From Candidatus Aminicenantes bacterium (GTDB lineage: Bacteria > Acidobacteriota > Aminicenantia > Aminicenantales > JAFGBC01): a stretch of 64,000 nt of DNA. The notes below the pieces were generated by a model. It ran no database searches. It was not told the origin of the DNA and saw only the letters and a list, made by a program, of their open reading frames with translations. Made by a program: the position numbers and the translations under genes. Each line of letters starts with the position of its first letter. Position 1 is the stretch's first letter. The DNA lies in the NCBI GenBank assembly GCA_963702005.1, contig OY969696.1, positions 3,840,001 to 3,904,000 of the forward strand. The letters run 5' to 3'. This document shows, in pieces, positions 1 through 10,500 of the stretch.

Positions 1-488
1 TCATCGTCGCCAAGGCCGGCCATCCCTATCTTATGAACGCGGCCTTCTTCCTTTTCGGCATCGCCATTATTGCCCTGACCCTATTCGTCTTCCTTAAAAA
101 CCGCGGAGAGCGGCCCCTCGCCTCTCCGACGGCGGCCCAAACCGAGGCCCCGTCCTCCCTTCCCGTTCAAGTCCCCGTCAAGCCCCCGGCCGCAGAGGTC
201 GCGGCCCCCGCCCCCGAGAAAATCCAAGGACTTCGCCTCGACCTCGCCTTCTCGGAATCGACCTGGATCCAGGTTTTCGCGGACGGGGCGGTCAAGCTCG
301 ACGGCATCGAGGCGCCCGGCGCCTCGGTCCGGATCGAAGCCCGCTCCGAGCTCCTCATCCATATCGGAAACGCGGGCGGCGTCTCGGGCGTCCTCAACGG
401 CAAGCCCTTGAAGCTTTTCGGCCGCTCCGGGGCCGTCGTCAAGAACATCCGGGTGACGCCCGCCAACCTCGGCGATTTCTGGAAGTAG
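1..488 (+). CDS. rodZ: RodZ-like membrane protein, C-terminal part (TM helix, Pro/Ala linker, DUF4115-like domain); 5' truncated by window
   Basis: Frame open from position 3; TM segment AFFLFGIAIIALTLFVFL; C-terminal pattern 'STWIQVFADG...IGNAGGVSGVLNGKPL' typical of the RodZ C-terminal domain. Confidence 0.7.
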   Translation, partial: IVAKAGHPYLMNAAFFLFGIAIIALTLFVFLKNRGERPLASPTAAQTEAPSSLPVQVPVKPPAAEVAAPAPEKIQGLRLDLAFSESTWIQVFADGAVKLDGIEAPGASVRIEARSELLIHIGNAGGVSGVLNGKPLKLFGRSGAVVKNIRVTPANLGDFWK

Positions 489-491
489 GAC

Positions 492-2663
492 ATGGAACCG
501 ACCAACGCCAAGCAGCGGGGCTCCCGGATCACCGGGGCCTTCATCATCCTCCTCATCATCCTCTTCTTCACGATCACCTTCTTCATCCGGGAATCCCAGG
601 AATTTTCGCCGACCTCTCTGACCAAGATCCTCCTTTCCTCGCTCCAGATCATCGTCCTCCTCCTGTTTCTGATCCTGGCCCTCCTGCTCGGCCGAAACCT
701 CATCAAGCTCCGGATCGAACGGAAGCGGAAGGTGGCCGGCTCCCACTTCAAGACGAAGCTCGTCTTCTTCTTCACGGCCCTCTCCTTCATCCCGACCCTC
801 CTCCTCTTCCTGTTCGCCAGCGACCTCATCTCCCGCAACATCGAGAGCTGGTTCCAAACGCCCCTGGACAAAATTCTCGAAGACACCCAGAACGTCGCGG
901 ACGGCTTCTACCGGAGCAGCGAGGAGATCACCTATCATTACGCCCAGATTTTGGCCCGGACCATCAAGCGCCAGGACCTCGTCGCCCCCGAGAGCCGGGT
1001 CGCTCTCCGCGAGTACATCCGGGACAAGCTGTCCGAATACCGGCTCGACGAGATCGGGATATTCCTCGAGGAGGAGGAGCTTTTCACTTACCTCAATCCG
1101 GCCCTCCCCCTCCAGGACTATCAGGACCTCAAGAAAAATATCGTCAAGCGGGCCCAGCTTGGCGAGCTGCTGAGGAGCATCGAGCCGCTCGGGAGCGGGG
1201 AGATGATCCGGCGCGGCGTCTCGTTCAACCTCCCCGGCGTCGGCAACGTCCTGGTCGCGACCGGCAAGTTCCTCGCCCAGAATTACACCCAGCGCATCGC
1301 CAACATCTCGGCCTACGTCGACCGCTACGGCCAGCTCAAGAGCCAGAAGGTCCCGGTCAAGACCTTCTACCTGATGACGCTCCTCTTCATCACCCTCCTC
1401 ATTGTCTTCGCCGCGACCTGGATCGGCTTCCACCTGGCTAAGGGCATCACGGTTCCGATCGAGAAGCTGGCCCAAGCGACCCGGGAAGTCTCGCGGGGCA
1501 ACCTCTCCGTCCGGGTCGAGGACACGGCGACCGACGAGCTGGGGACCCTGATCGAGTCCTTCAACCAGATGATCTACGACCTCAAGCAGAGCCAGGGTCA
1601 CATCGCCCAGAAGACCTCCGAGCTCGAGGACCGCAAGGAGTACATCGAGACCATCCTCAACAACATCCAGACCGGGGTCATCACCCTGGACGCGGCCGGC
1701 CTGGTCACGACCATCAATCCCTCGGCCCGCGACATGCTCGTCCTCCCCGGACCGGACATCGTCGGCCGGGGCTACCGGGAGGTCCTGGCCAACCCCCGCT
1801 ACGAGGAGGTCGTCAAAACGATCGACTGGGGATTCCGCAACCGCTACCGCCTCTCGGACAAGGAAGTCCGGATCAGCGCCAACGGCCAGAGCACAACGGT
1901 CGCCCTGGCCCTTTCGCCGCTCCGGACCCCGGCCAACGAGTTCGCCGGCGTCATCGTCGTCCTCGACGACCTGACCCAGCTCATCAAGGCCCAGCGGATC
2001 GCGGCCTGGAAGGAGATCGCCCAACGGGTCGCCCACGAGATCAAGAACCCCCTGACGCCGATCCAGCTTTCGGCCGAGCGAATCATTAAAACCCTCCAGA
2101 AACGGGACGAGCGCTCGGCCGAAGTCGTCCAGGAAGGGGCCCGGACGATCATCCAGGAGACGCGGACGATCAAATCCCTGGTCGACGAGTTCTCGACCTT
2201 CGCCCGGATGCCGAGCGTCCGTCTCCAGGCGGCCGACCTCCACGCCATCGTCGGCCAGGTCGTCGTCCTGTTCGAGGGGATTTTCGAGGAGATCGGGTTC
2301 GATACGCTCCTGGCCTCGGACCTGCCGACGCCCCTCCAGCTCGACCCGGAGCAAATGAAGCGGGCCCTGATCAACCTGATCGACAACGCCATCGAGGCCA
2401 TGAACAAGAAGGGGACGGTCCGGATCGCGACGGCCTTTGACAAATCCGAACAAATGGTTAGAATAGAGGTCTCCGACACGGGCCCGGGCATCTCGTCCGA
2501 AGACCTGGGCAAGCTCTTCATGCCCCACTTCTCGACCAAGAAGAAGGGCTCGGGTCTGGGGCTGGCCATCGTCAGCCAGATCGTGAGCGAGCACAACGGG
2601 ACGATCGGCGTCGAGAACCTCAAGCCGAACGGGGCCAAGTTCACGATCCGGATCCCGGCCTGA
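492..2663 (+). CDS. ntrY: NtrY-like membrane sensor histidine kinase (TMs, HAMP, PAS, HisKA, HATPase)
   Basis: H-box 'AWKEIAQRVAHEIKNPLTPIQLSAER' (NtrY type); N-box NLIDNA; G1 DTGPGI; G2 GSGLGL; HAMP and PAS segments. Confidence 0.85.
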   Translation: MEPTNAKQRGSRITGAFIILLIILFFTITFFIRESQEFSPTSLTKILLSSLQIIVLLLFLILALLLGRNLIKLRIERKRKVAGSHFKTKLVFFFTALSFIPTLLLFLFASDLISRNIESWFQTPLDKILEDTQNVADGFYRSSEEITYHYAQILARTIKRQDLVAPESRVALREYIRDKLSEYRLDEIGIFLEEEELFTYLNPALPLQDYQDLKKNIVKRAQLGELLRSIEPLGSGEMIRRGVSFNLPGVGNVLVATGKFLAQNYTQRIANISAYVDRYGQLKSQKVPVKTFYLMTLLFITLLIVFAATWIGFHLAKGITVPIEKLAQATREVSRGNLSVRVEDTATDELGTLIESFNQMIYDLKQSQGHIAQKTSELEDRKEYIETILNNIQTGVITLDAAGLVTTINPSARDMLVLPGPDIVGRGYREVLANPRYEEVVKTIDWGFRNRYRLSDKEVRISANGQSTTVALALSPLRTPANEFAGVIVVLDDLTQLIKAQRIAAWKEIAQRVAHEIKNPLTPIQLSAERIIKTLQKRDERSAEVVQEGARTIIQETRTIKSLVDEFSTFARMPSVRLQAADLHAIVGQVVVLFEGIFEEIGFDTLLASDLPTPLQLDPEQMKRALINLIDNAIEAMNKKGTVRIATAFDKSEQMVRIEVSDTGPGISSEDLGKLFMPHFSTKKKGSGLGLAIVSQIVSEHNGTIGVENLKPNGAKFTIRIPA

Positions 2664-2691
2664 ACTCGACCTCAAACGAGAGCCGCGCGCC

Positions 2692-4053
2692 ATGAACAAA
2701 GAAAAGATCCTGGTCATCGACGACGAATCGAACATCCGCTCCTCCCTCCAGGGCATCCTGGAGGACGAGGGCTACGGGATCCAGACCGCCGAGACGGGCG
2801 AGGACGCTCTCCGCGTCCTCGACAAACAGAACTTCGACCTCCTGCTCCTGGACGTCTGGCTGCCCGAGATGAGCGGGCTCGACGTCCTCAAGCGGGTCAA
2901 GCACTCCGAGGACAACCCCCCCGTCATCATGATCTCGGGACACGGGACGATCGAGACCGCCGTCCAGGCCACCAAGCTGGGCGCCTTCGACTTCCTGGAG
3001 AAGCCCCTATCGCTCGAGAAGGTCATCGTGACCGTCCAGAACGCCCTCAAGCAGCGCAAGCTCGAGGAGGAGAACGTCCAGCTCCGGGAGAAGGCCAAGA
3101 CCCGCTACCACCTCGTCGGCGAAAGCCGCTCGATCCGCAAGCTGCGCGAGGAGATCGCGACGGCCGCCCCCTCGAACGGCCGCGTCCTCATTTACGGCGA
3201 GAACGGGACCGGCAAGGAGTTCATCGCCCGGCTCATCCACCAGCAGAGCCAGCGCAGGGACCGCCGCTTCGTCGAGATCAACTGCGCGGCCGCCCCCGAC
3301 GATGTCATCGAGAACGAGCTGTTCGGCTACGTCCGGGACCATCTGCCCCACGCCGGCAAGGACAAGAAGGGGAAGTTCCTGCTGGCCGACGGAGGAACCC
3401 TGTTCCTGGACGAGATCGGGGAGATGAGCCTCAAGACCCAGGCCAAGCTCGTCCGCGTCATCGAGGAGCAGGAGTACGAGCCGCTCGGCTCGGCCGAACC
3501 GATCCCGATCGACGTCCGCCTCATCGCCGCGACCAGCAAGAACCTCAAGGAGCTCATCCCCAAGGGCAAGTTCCGGGAGGACCTCTTCTTCAAGCTCAAC
3601 GTCATTCCCTTGGTCATCCCGCCCCTGCGGGAGCGTAAAGAAGATATTCCGGTCCTGATCGCCGCCTTCCTCCTCTATTTCGCCGACGAGTACGGGAAGA
3701 AACCCAAGACGATGACGTCCCAGGCCATCGAGGCCTTCCTGAACTACACCTGGCCGGGGAACGTCAGCGAACTCATGAACGTCATCGAGCGCTTCGTGAT
3801 CATGGTCGCCGAACCCGAGATCGCCGCCTCCCACCTCTCGCTCCTGGTCGAGGCCCGCGAGATCGAGTCCACGCCCGGCCTGGCCGGGGGACGATCCCTC
3901 CCCCAGGCCCTGGAGGAATTCGAGCGGAGCTTCGTCCACCGGATCTTAACCCGGAACCGCTGGGACCTCGGGCGTTCGGCCCAGGCGCTCGGGGTCGAGG
4001 AACAAGTCCTCAAGGACCGGGTCAAGGCCCTGAACATCACCTTCATCGACTGA
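2692..4053 (+). CDS. ntrX: NtrX-like response regulator (REC + AAA+ bEBP + HTH) with degenerate GAFTGA loop
   Basis: REC 'ILVIDDE...LLLLDVWLPEMSG...FLEKP'; Walker A GENGTGKE; Walker B TLFLDEIG; directly downstream of the ntrY-like gene. Confidence 0.85.
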   Translation: MNKEKILVIDDESNIRSSLQGILEDEGYGIQTAETGEDALRVLDKQNFDLLLLDVWLPEMSGLDVLKRVKHSEDNPPVIMISGHGTIETAVQATKLGAFDFLEKPLSLEKVIVTVQNALKQRKLEEENVQLREKAKTRYHLVGESRSIRKLREEIATAAPSNGRVLIYGENGTGKEFIARLIHQQSQRRDRRFVEINCAAAPDDVIENELFGYVRDHLPHAGKDKKGKFLLADGGTLFLDEIGEMSLKTQAKLVRVIEEQEYEPLGSAEPIPIDVRLIAATSKNLKELIPKGKFREDLFFKLNVIPLVIPPLRERKEDIPVLIAAFLLYFADEYGKKPKTMTSQAIEAFLNYTWPGNVSELMNVIERFVIMVAEPEIAASHLSLLVEAREIESTPGLAGGRSLPQALEEFERSFVHRILTRNRWDLGRSAQALGVEEQVLKDRVKALNITFID

Positions 4054-4072
4054 GGCCGAAGGCCGCCGCCCC

Positions 4073-4828
4073 ATGCCGCTCGAGCAATCGGAAGCCGTCA
4101 TCCTCAGGACCTATCCGATCGGGGAGCAGGACAAGCTTGTCGTCGTCTTCAGCCAGGACAAGGGCGTTTTTAAGGGCGTCGCCAAGGGCGCCCGCAAGTT
4201 CGGGAACCGGTTCGGGTCGAGCCTGGAGCCAATGTCCCACGTCCGGGCCTTCTACTACGAGAAGGAGCGCCAGGAGCTGGTCACGATCTCGAACTGCGAC
4301 CTCCTCGAATCCTATTTCGACGTTCAGAAGGACCTCGACGTCGCCTGCGCCTTGTCTTATTTCGCCGAGCTCATCGAGGAGTTCTCGCCATCCCGGTCCC
4401 GCGACGACCTTCTCTACCGGCTCATGTTGACTCTATTGCGAGGATTCAAAGAGAGGGTCGACGTCCGGCTGCTGAGCCGCTATTTCGAGTCCTGGTTTCT
4501 GAGGATCAACGGCTGGCTGCCCGAGTTTAAGCGCTGCAAGAGATGCCGGAAGCCGCTGGCCGAGCCGGGCTGGCTCTCGCCCAAGCGTGACGGCGTTTAC
4601 TGCGATATCTGCGCGCCCGAGAAAAGGGACGCCGTCGAACTCGAGGTCCAATCCTTCACGGTCTGGGCCAAAAAGAACCCCCCGCTGGCCGAGGCGGCCG
4701 CTCCCTTCTCCCCCGAAGCCCTGGAGGCGGTGGGCCGGACGCACCAGCGCCTGATCGTCTATCATCTGGAAAAAGAGCCGCGCACGATGCGCTTCCTGAA
4801 AAAAGGCCCGTTCCAGGGCCCGCCTTGA
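4073..4828 (+). CDS. recO: DNA repair protein RecO
   Basis: N-terminal 'EAVILRTYPIGEQDKLVVVFSQDKG...VAKGARK...FGSSLEP'; C4 zinc finger CKRC...CDIC. Confidence 0.95.
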   Translation: MPLEQSEAVILRTYPIGEQDKLVVVFSQDKGVFKGVAKGARKFGNRFGSSLEPMSHVRAFYYEKERQELVTISNCDLLESYFDVQKDLDVACALSYFAELIEEFSPSRSRDDLLYRLMLTLLRGFKERVDVRLLSRYFESWFLRINGWLPEFKRCKRCRKPLAEPGWLSPKRDGVYCDICAPEKRDAVELEVQSFTVWAKKNPPLAEAAAPFSPEALEAVGRTHQRLIVYHLEKEPRTMRFLKKGPFQGPP

Positions 4829-4854
4829 CATTATCCCTCATCCGGCACTACCAT
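4825..4854 (+). promoter_or_regulatory. Putative sigma70 promoter of the kinase gene
   Basis: TTGACA-18 bp-TACCAT, followed by AGGAGG and the TTG start at 4878. Confidence 0.5.
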
Positions 4855-4877
4855 TCAAACGTAGCCAGGAGGGTGAT

Positions 4878-7559
4878 TTGTCCAACCCTAGAGACGGAGG
4901 GCCGGACCTCGACGCCCAGACCGATGCCCGGCCGCCCGAGCTTCCGCGCCGGTTCGGGGATTTCGAGATCCTCCGCGAGATCGGCCGGGGCGGGATGGGG
5001 ACCGTCTACGAGGCCCGCCAGCTCTCCCTCGACCGGAGCGTCGCGCTGAAGGTCCTCCCGCGGGAGGCGGCGGCCGACCCGGACCGCATTCGCCGTTTCG
5101 AGCGCGAGGCCAGGGCGCTGGCCGCCATCGAACATCCGAATATCGTCGCCGTCCATTCGGTCGAGCGCGTCGGCGGGCTGCCGTTCTTGACGATGGAGCT
5201 CGTGCGCGGCCGGCCGCTGTCCGCGCTGATTCCGGCGTCGGGGATGGCCGTCGCGCCGCTGCTCGACCTGGCCGTCCAGCTCGCCGAAGCGCTCACGGCC
5301 GCCGGCCGTCAGGGCATCGTCCACCGCGATCTCAAGCCGGCCAACATCATGGTGACCGACGGGGGCCGGGCGAAGATCCTCGACTTCGGCCTGGCGACGC
5401 TGAAACCGCGCGCCGCCGCGCCCGACCCGGCTCAGTCTCAGGTTCCGACCGCGAGCCTCGAGACGTCCGGGCCGCAGATCCTCGGCACGCTGCCCTATAT
5501 GTCGCCCGAACAGATCGAGGGCAAGCCGGTCGATACCCGCTCCGACCTGTTTTCGCTGGGCGTCGTGCTCTACGAGATGGCCGCGGGACGGCGTCCCTTC
5601 ACCGGCGACACCTGGGCGTCGCTGGCGTCCTCGATTCTGCGCGATGGCCCGCGGCCGCTTAACGAGACGCGTCCGAGTCTCCCCGGCGAGCTGGGACGAA
5701 TCGTCGGCCGCTGCCTCCAGAAGGACCCCGAGCGGCGCTACCAGACGGCCGCCGACCTAAGAAACGAGCTGGAAGATCTCAAGAAGCTCCTGGGCGAATC
5801 CGCTCAGCGGCGTTCGGCGCGCCGCCGGACGGCCGTGGCGGTCGCCGCGGCGGTCGTCCTGGTCGCCGTCGCCGCCGGCCTCTGGGTGCGGTTGGCGAAG
5901 ACACGGGCGGGGCCGAGCCGGCAGAGCGTCGTGGTCCTTCCGTTCAACAACCTCGGCCCGGCCGAGGACGAATACTTCGCCGGCGGGCTGACCGAGGAGG
6001 TCACGAGCCGGCTCGCGGCGCTGAGCGGCCTGAGCATCAGGTCATCGGCGACGGCCCAGCGGTATGACGCCAAGGGCAAGAGCAGCCGCGACATCGGCCG
6101 CGAGCTCGGCGTCGCCTACATCCTGTATGGAACGGTCCGCTGGGATCGAGAAGGCGAGCCGCACGGCCGGGTGAGAATCACGCCGAAGCTGGTCCGGGTC
6201 GCCGACGACACGGAAGTCTGGTCCGCCGCCTTCGATCGCATTCTTCAAGATGTGTTCTCCATCCAATCGGAGATCGCCGAGACGGTCGCCGCCAGGCTGG
6301 GCGTCGAGCTCCGGATGGCCGAGCGGGCGACCCTGGCACGCCGGCCCACGGACAACCCCGAAGCCTACCTCGCTTATCTACGGGGCCGGTATTATGAATC
6401 GCAGCCCCACTTCTCGGTGGAGGTCTGGCGGCAGGCGCTGGCGAGCTACCAGCGGGCGGTCGAGCTGGACCCGGGCTTCGCGCTGGCCTTCGCCCAGCTC
6501 GCCAAGGCCCACGCGCGGCTGTATTACCTGCGCGAGGATCTGTCGGAGGCGCGGCGGGCGAGCGCGCGGCAAGCGCTCGAGCGCGCCCGGACGATCGCGC
6601 CGGACGCTCCCGAGGTCCACCTGGCCGCCGGATTCTACCACGCCTGGGCCGAGCGCGATCCCGACGCGGCCCTGAAGGAGTTCACGCTCGCCGGCCGCGC
6701 GCTGCCGGACAGCGCGGAGGTCGCCTCGGCCAAGGCCGAGCTGCTCCGCATGCAGGGACGGTACGAGGAGGCCCTGGCGGGCTATCGGGCCGCCCTCGAA
6801 CTGAGCCCCCAAGACTCGGACCTGGCCGAAGAGAGCTCGATCACCTGCTGGTGGACCCGTCGCTATCCGGAGGCGCTCGAGTACGCGAACCGAGCCATCA
6901 CGCTCGCTCCCGACCAGGCGTGGCCCTACCTGGCCAAGGCCTTCAATTACTGGAGCTGGAAGGGCACCGTGCCGGAGGCGCGCGCGGCCCTCGAGTTCGT
7001 TTCCAAGGATCATGAATGGTGGCTGTGGGCGTGGTTCTGGCAGGAGGCCGGCGAAGGCCGCTATCGGGAAGCCCTCCGGCGTCTCGACGAATCCCCCGAA
7101 GACTGGATCCGGCAGAAGATGTGGGCGATGCCGAAAGCGCTCTTCGTGGGCCTCGCCCATCGGTGGCTGAACGAGCCCGGCCCGGCCAGGGCGGCGTTTG
7201 AGCGCGCGGCGCGAATGTTGGAGGCGGAGCTGGCCGCGCACCCCGACGATCCCCGCCTCCACAGCTCGCTCGGCCTGGCCTATGCGGAGCTCGGCCGGAA
7301 GGCCGAGGCGATCCGCGAAGGCCGGCGGGGCACCGAGCTCCTCCCGATCGAGAAGGACGCCGTATACGGCCTCGGACACGTGCAGGACCTCGCGAGCATC
7401 TACGCGATCATCGGAGAGACCGACGCGGCCCTGCGGGAGATCGAACACTTGCTCTCGATCCCGTCCTGGATCTCGCCGGCCTGGATCCGGGGCATCCCCC
7501 TCTGGAAAGGTGTCTGGGGCAACCCTCGCCTGGACCCGCTGCTGGCGAAATACCGCTAG
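4878..7559 (+). CDS. Hanks-type Ser/Thr protein kinase with TM helix, TolB-N-like domain and TPR repeats
   Basis: GRGGMG, VALK, HRDLKPAN, DFG, YMSPEQ; TM after RRSARRR; 'SVVVLPFNNL...YFAGGLTEE'; TPR-like helices; RBS AGGAGG before TTG. Confidence 0.92.
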   Translation: MSNPRDGGPDLDAQTDARPPELPRRFGDFEILREIGRGGMGTVYEARQLSLDRSVALKVLPREAAADPDRIRRFEREARALAAIEHPNIVAVHSVERVGGLPFLTMELVRGRPLSALIPASGMAVAPLLDLAVQLAEALTAAGRQGIVHRDLKPANIMVTDGGRAKILDFGLATLKPRAAAPDPAQSQVPTASLETSGPQILGTLPYMSPEQIEGKPVDTRSDLFSLGVVLYEMAAGRRPFTGDTWASLASSILRDGPRPLNETRPSLPGELGRIVGRCLQKDPERRYQTAADLRNELEDLKKLLGESAQRRSARRRTAVAVAAAVVLVAVAAGLWVRLAKTRAGPSRQSVVVLPFNNLGPAEDEYFAGGLTEEVTSRLAALSGLSIRSSATAQRYDAKGKSSRDIGRELGVAYILYGTVRWDREGEPHGRVRITPKLVRVADDTEVWSAAFDRILQDVFSIQSEIAETVAARLGVELRMAERATLARRPTDNPEAYLAYLRGRYYESQPHFSVEVWRQALASYQRAVELDPGFALAFAQLAKAHARLYYLREDLSEARRASARQALERARTIAPDAPEVHLAAGFYHAWAERDPDAALKEFTLAGRALPDSAEVASAKAELLRMQGRYEEALAGYRAALELSPQDSDLAEESSITCWWTRRYPEALEYANRAITLAPDQAWPYLAKAFNYWSWKGTVPEARAALEFVSKDHEWWLWAWFWQEAGEGRYREALRRLDESPEDWIRQKMWAMPKALFVGLAHRWLNEPGPARAAFERAARMLEAELAAHPDDPRLHSSLGLAYAELGRKAEAIREGRRGTELLPIEKDAVYGLGHVQDLASIYAIIGETDAALREIEHLLSIPSWISPAWIRGIPLWKGVWGNPRLDPLLAKYR

Positions 7560-7599
7560 GCCGAGGCGCTCGCGGCAGCGGGCAAAGAACGCGGGATGT

Positions 7600-10500
7600 T
7601 CAGCGGGCGAGCGGACGATAGAGGCGCGCCCTGAAGGCCGGCTCGCGCAGGAGGACCGCCTGGAGGAAGCGGAAGCTGTCGGCGAGATAGCCTTCATAGC
7701 CGCTGGGCTTGCCGTCCCAGGTCGTCCAATCGATGCCCTCGCTCCCGGCGTCGCGGACGCCGTTCTCGAACTCGCCCCGCCTCTGGCGCTCGAGCATGGC
7801 CCGTAGGACGTTGTCGGCCCGGTCGGGTTCGCCGAGGACGTAGTGCGCCGCGAGAAAATGGAGGACCTGGCCGGCGGTGATCCCTCCGTTCATATATTGG
7901 CCGAAGGTGTCCTTGCCGTCCTCGCGTTGAGGGATGCCGATGGCGTCCGGCAGCAGATAATCGCTGCGGCGGACCGGGGCGAGCATCGGCGGAACCCCGA
8001 GGTCGAACCGCGTGAAACCCGCCTCGGTCATTTTTTGCCAAAGCCTGTCGAGAATCCGGCGCCCGAGCGCCGGATCGACCAGCCCGTATTCGATGGCCAG
8101 CCCGTTGAGCGTCGGCGACGCGTAATCGTGGAGCTCGCCGTCCGCGCTCTTCCACCAGGCCAGCCATCCGGTTCGGGGATTGTAGAGAGTCTTGGCATAG
8201 ACGATCTTGAGCTTTGCGGCCAGACGGGTGTAGGCGGCGCCTCGTTCGAGCCGCCCCAGCTTCGCCTCAAGGTCGGCCAGGCAGCGCCAAGCGCGGTAGA
8301 TGAGGGCGTTGGTGTAACCGTCCTTGTGGCCGCAGTTCAACGCATCCCACCAGGCGCAGGACCGATTGGGCTGGACGAGCGCGCCGCGGTTTCCGCTTTG
8401 AGTCGCTTCGACAAAGCCGTCGCGGTCGACGTCGCGCCGGGCCAGGAAATCGGCCACGAGCTCGAGGCGTTCGATCCTCGCCTTAAGCCAGTCGAGGTCG
8501 CGGGTCGCTTCGACATAGTCCCAGGCCGAGATGAGCGGCGAAGCTTCGGCGTCAAGGAAATTTCCGTAATCCCAATAGCCCGTGACCTCGCCCGTTAAGC
8601 GGCCCGTGTCGTCGCTCTTCATCCGCCGGTCGAGCCAATAATCGATCGTCCGGCGGACGAGGGGCATGAGTGAGATCGTGGGAGCGGGCTCGGGCGTCCA
8701 GAAAGCCTGGTCGGCATAGAACCAGAGCGAGCAGCTGGCCGGATCGCTAATAACGTTGTTGCCAAGGATGCCGGCCGGCGCGCTGAACGGCTTTCCCGGC
8801 TCTCCCCAGCGAGCGCAAGGCTGAAGGGCATTGAGCCAGCCGCGGCGGGCGGAGAGCCACATGCCGGTGTCATGAAGATCCGGAGGGGCGGGAAGTAGGA
8901 GCGGCGTGAGGGTCAGAGTGACAGGCTTGCCGGCGGCGATCTCCGGAAACTCGAGCGTGAGGTCCGCGACCTTGTCCTTACGGCTCCCTTCCAGCCGGCC
9001 GCGAACATCCCGTCCGTCGGCCTCTTTCAAGAGCATCGGGCCGAAGTCGGGAGCGTTGATGACCGCGGGCAGGCGAAAAACCTCGTCGTTCTGCCATATA
9101 CTGGGAAGCACGGTGGTCGGCGTGGTTTTGGGGTCGAAGGGTAGGAAAAGGCGAACCTGTTCCGCCCGGCCCTTGGCCGCCGTGATCACGAACCTGATTT
9201 CGTCCCCAACGCCGCGGATTGCGCCGGGTTCGATCCTCCAGGTGAGGCGCGCCTTTCCTGCTTCGAGGTCATAAATAACGGCTCCGTTGTCCTCGACGCG
9301 GCGCTTTGTCATCCGCGAATCGCGCCAAGCGCCCTCGGCAAGGAACTGGATCTTGACCGAGGAATCCGGCCTCAACAGGTTCGTGTCCACCCTGTCGCCG
9401 CCCTCCGTGTCCCAGCTTAGGCTAGAAATTCCCGGGGCTGCTTCATCGGCGATGCTTTGGACGACCGGGTTCCCTTTATAGTTGGGGAGTTTTTCGATCG
9501 GGAGATACCGCGTCTTGAACCGCTTGCGCCAATCGAAAAGCGCCAGGACCTTCCGCTTCATCGCGGGCGACATCCGGGCGAATCCGCAATAATCTCCCCA
9601 ACCGTTGGAGACGGCCACGGGGGTCTGGTAATTGCGAGCGCCGAATTCGGTGTAATCCCAGTGGGTGACCGGCTCCCAGTTGCAGGACCAGAGGACGTTG
9701 CGATAATTGGGAAAGATCCCGTAGGACCAGGCCTCGGGGGCGCAGTGGGTGTCCTGGTAGCTGCCGTCGGCAACCAGGGCATAGGGAGGTTTCGTCACCC
9801 AGTTGAAGACGCCGATGCAGTCCGAGGCCAGGAAGGCCACCTCCCGGCCGGCGCGGCCGTTGAAGGCGCGGACCTCGGCGGTGATGTCCTTAACGAGGCG
9901 CATCATGGCCCGGTCGGCATAACCGGGGCGCGCGTCCGAGCCCAGACTTCCCTCGGGCACATGGAACGTCTCGTCCCAGACCAGGGCATCGAGGTCGCTG
10001 CCGTATTCTTGGAGGAGGGCCTTAACATAGTCGAGGAAGAAATCGCGGACCTCGGGGCAGAGCGGATTCTGGACGTAGGTCTTGCCCTTGGTGTCCGGGC
10101 CCTGCCATCCGCCCCACCTCAGGACGCGGTCCGGGGCGAAAATGTCGGAGAGGCCTTCGCCGGCGTTCATCCCGTCGCCGAAGTAGAGCGCGGCGCGGAA
10201 ACCGCGCGAACGGGCATAGGAGAGGCGGTCATGCATTTTTTTGATGGTGAGGGCGACGGGAACGCTTAAAGGGAAGTTCTTTCGGACGTTCGGGTAGTTG
10301 GAGAAGGCGGTCCAGGAGGGATCGAGCTTTTTGGCGGCGCGGTCGAACGAGTATCGGCCGACGAAATCATACCAGCCGTGGAGGCAAAGAAGGACTTTCG
10401 AGCGGTCCTGGGTCGGGATGGAAGAAGCCAGGGCATCGATATCAGCGAACCAGCCGCGGCCGGCCTCGCTCAGGTAATCATAATCGACCATGGCGACGTC

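Noticed and set aside
81-2756. 891-aa antisense ORF and similar long shadow ORFs (e.g. 39329-42622, 36030-38213, 19065-20990, 51242-53635)
   Set aside because: They overlap well-supported genes, lack motifs, and are expected from GC-rich codon bias
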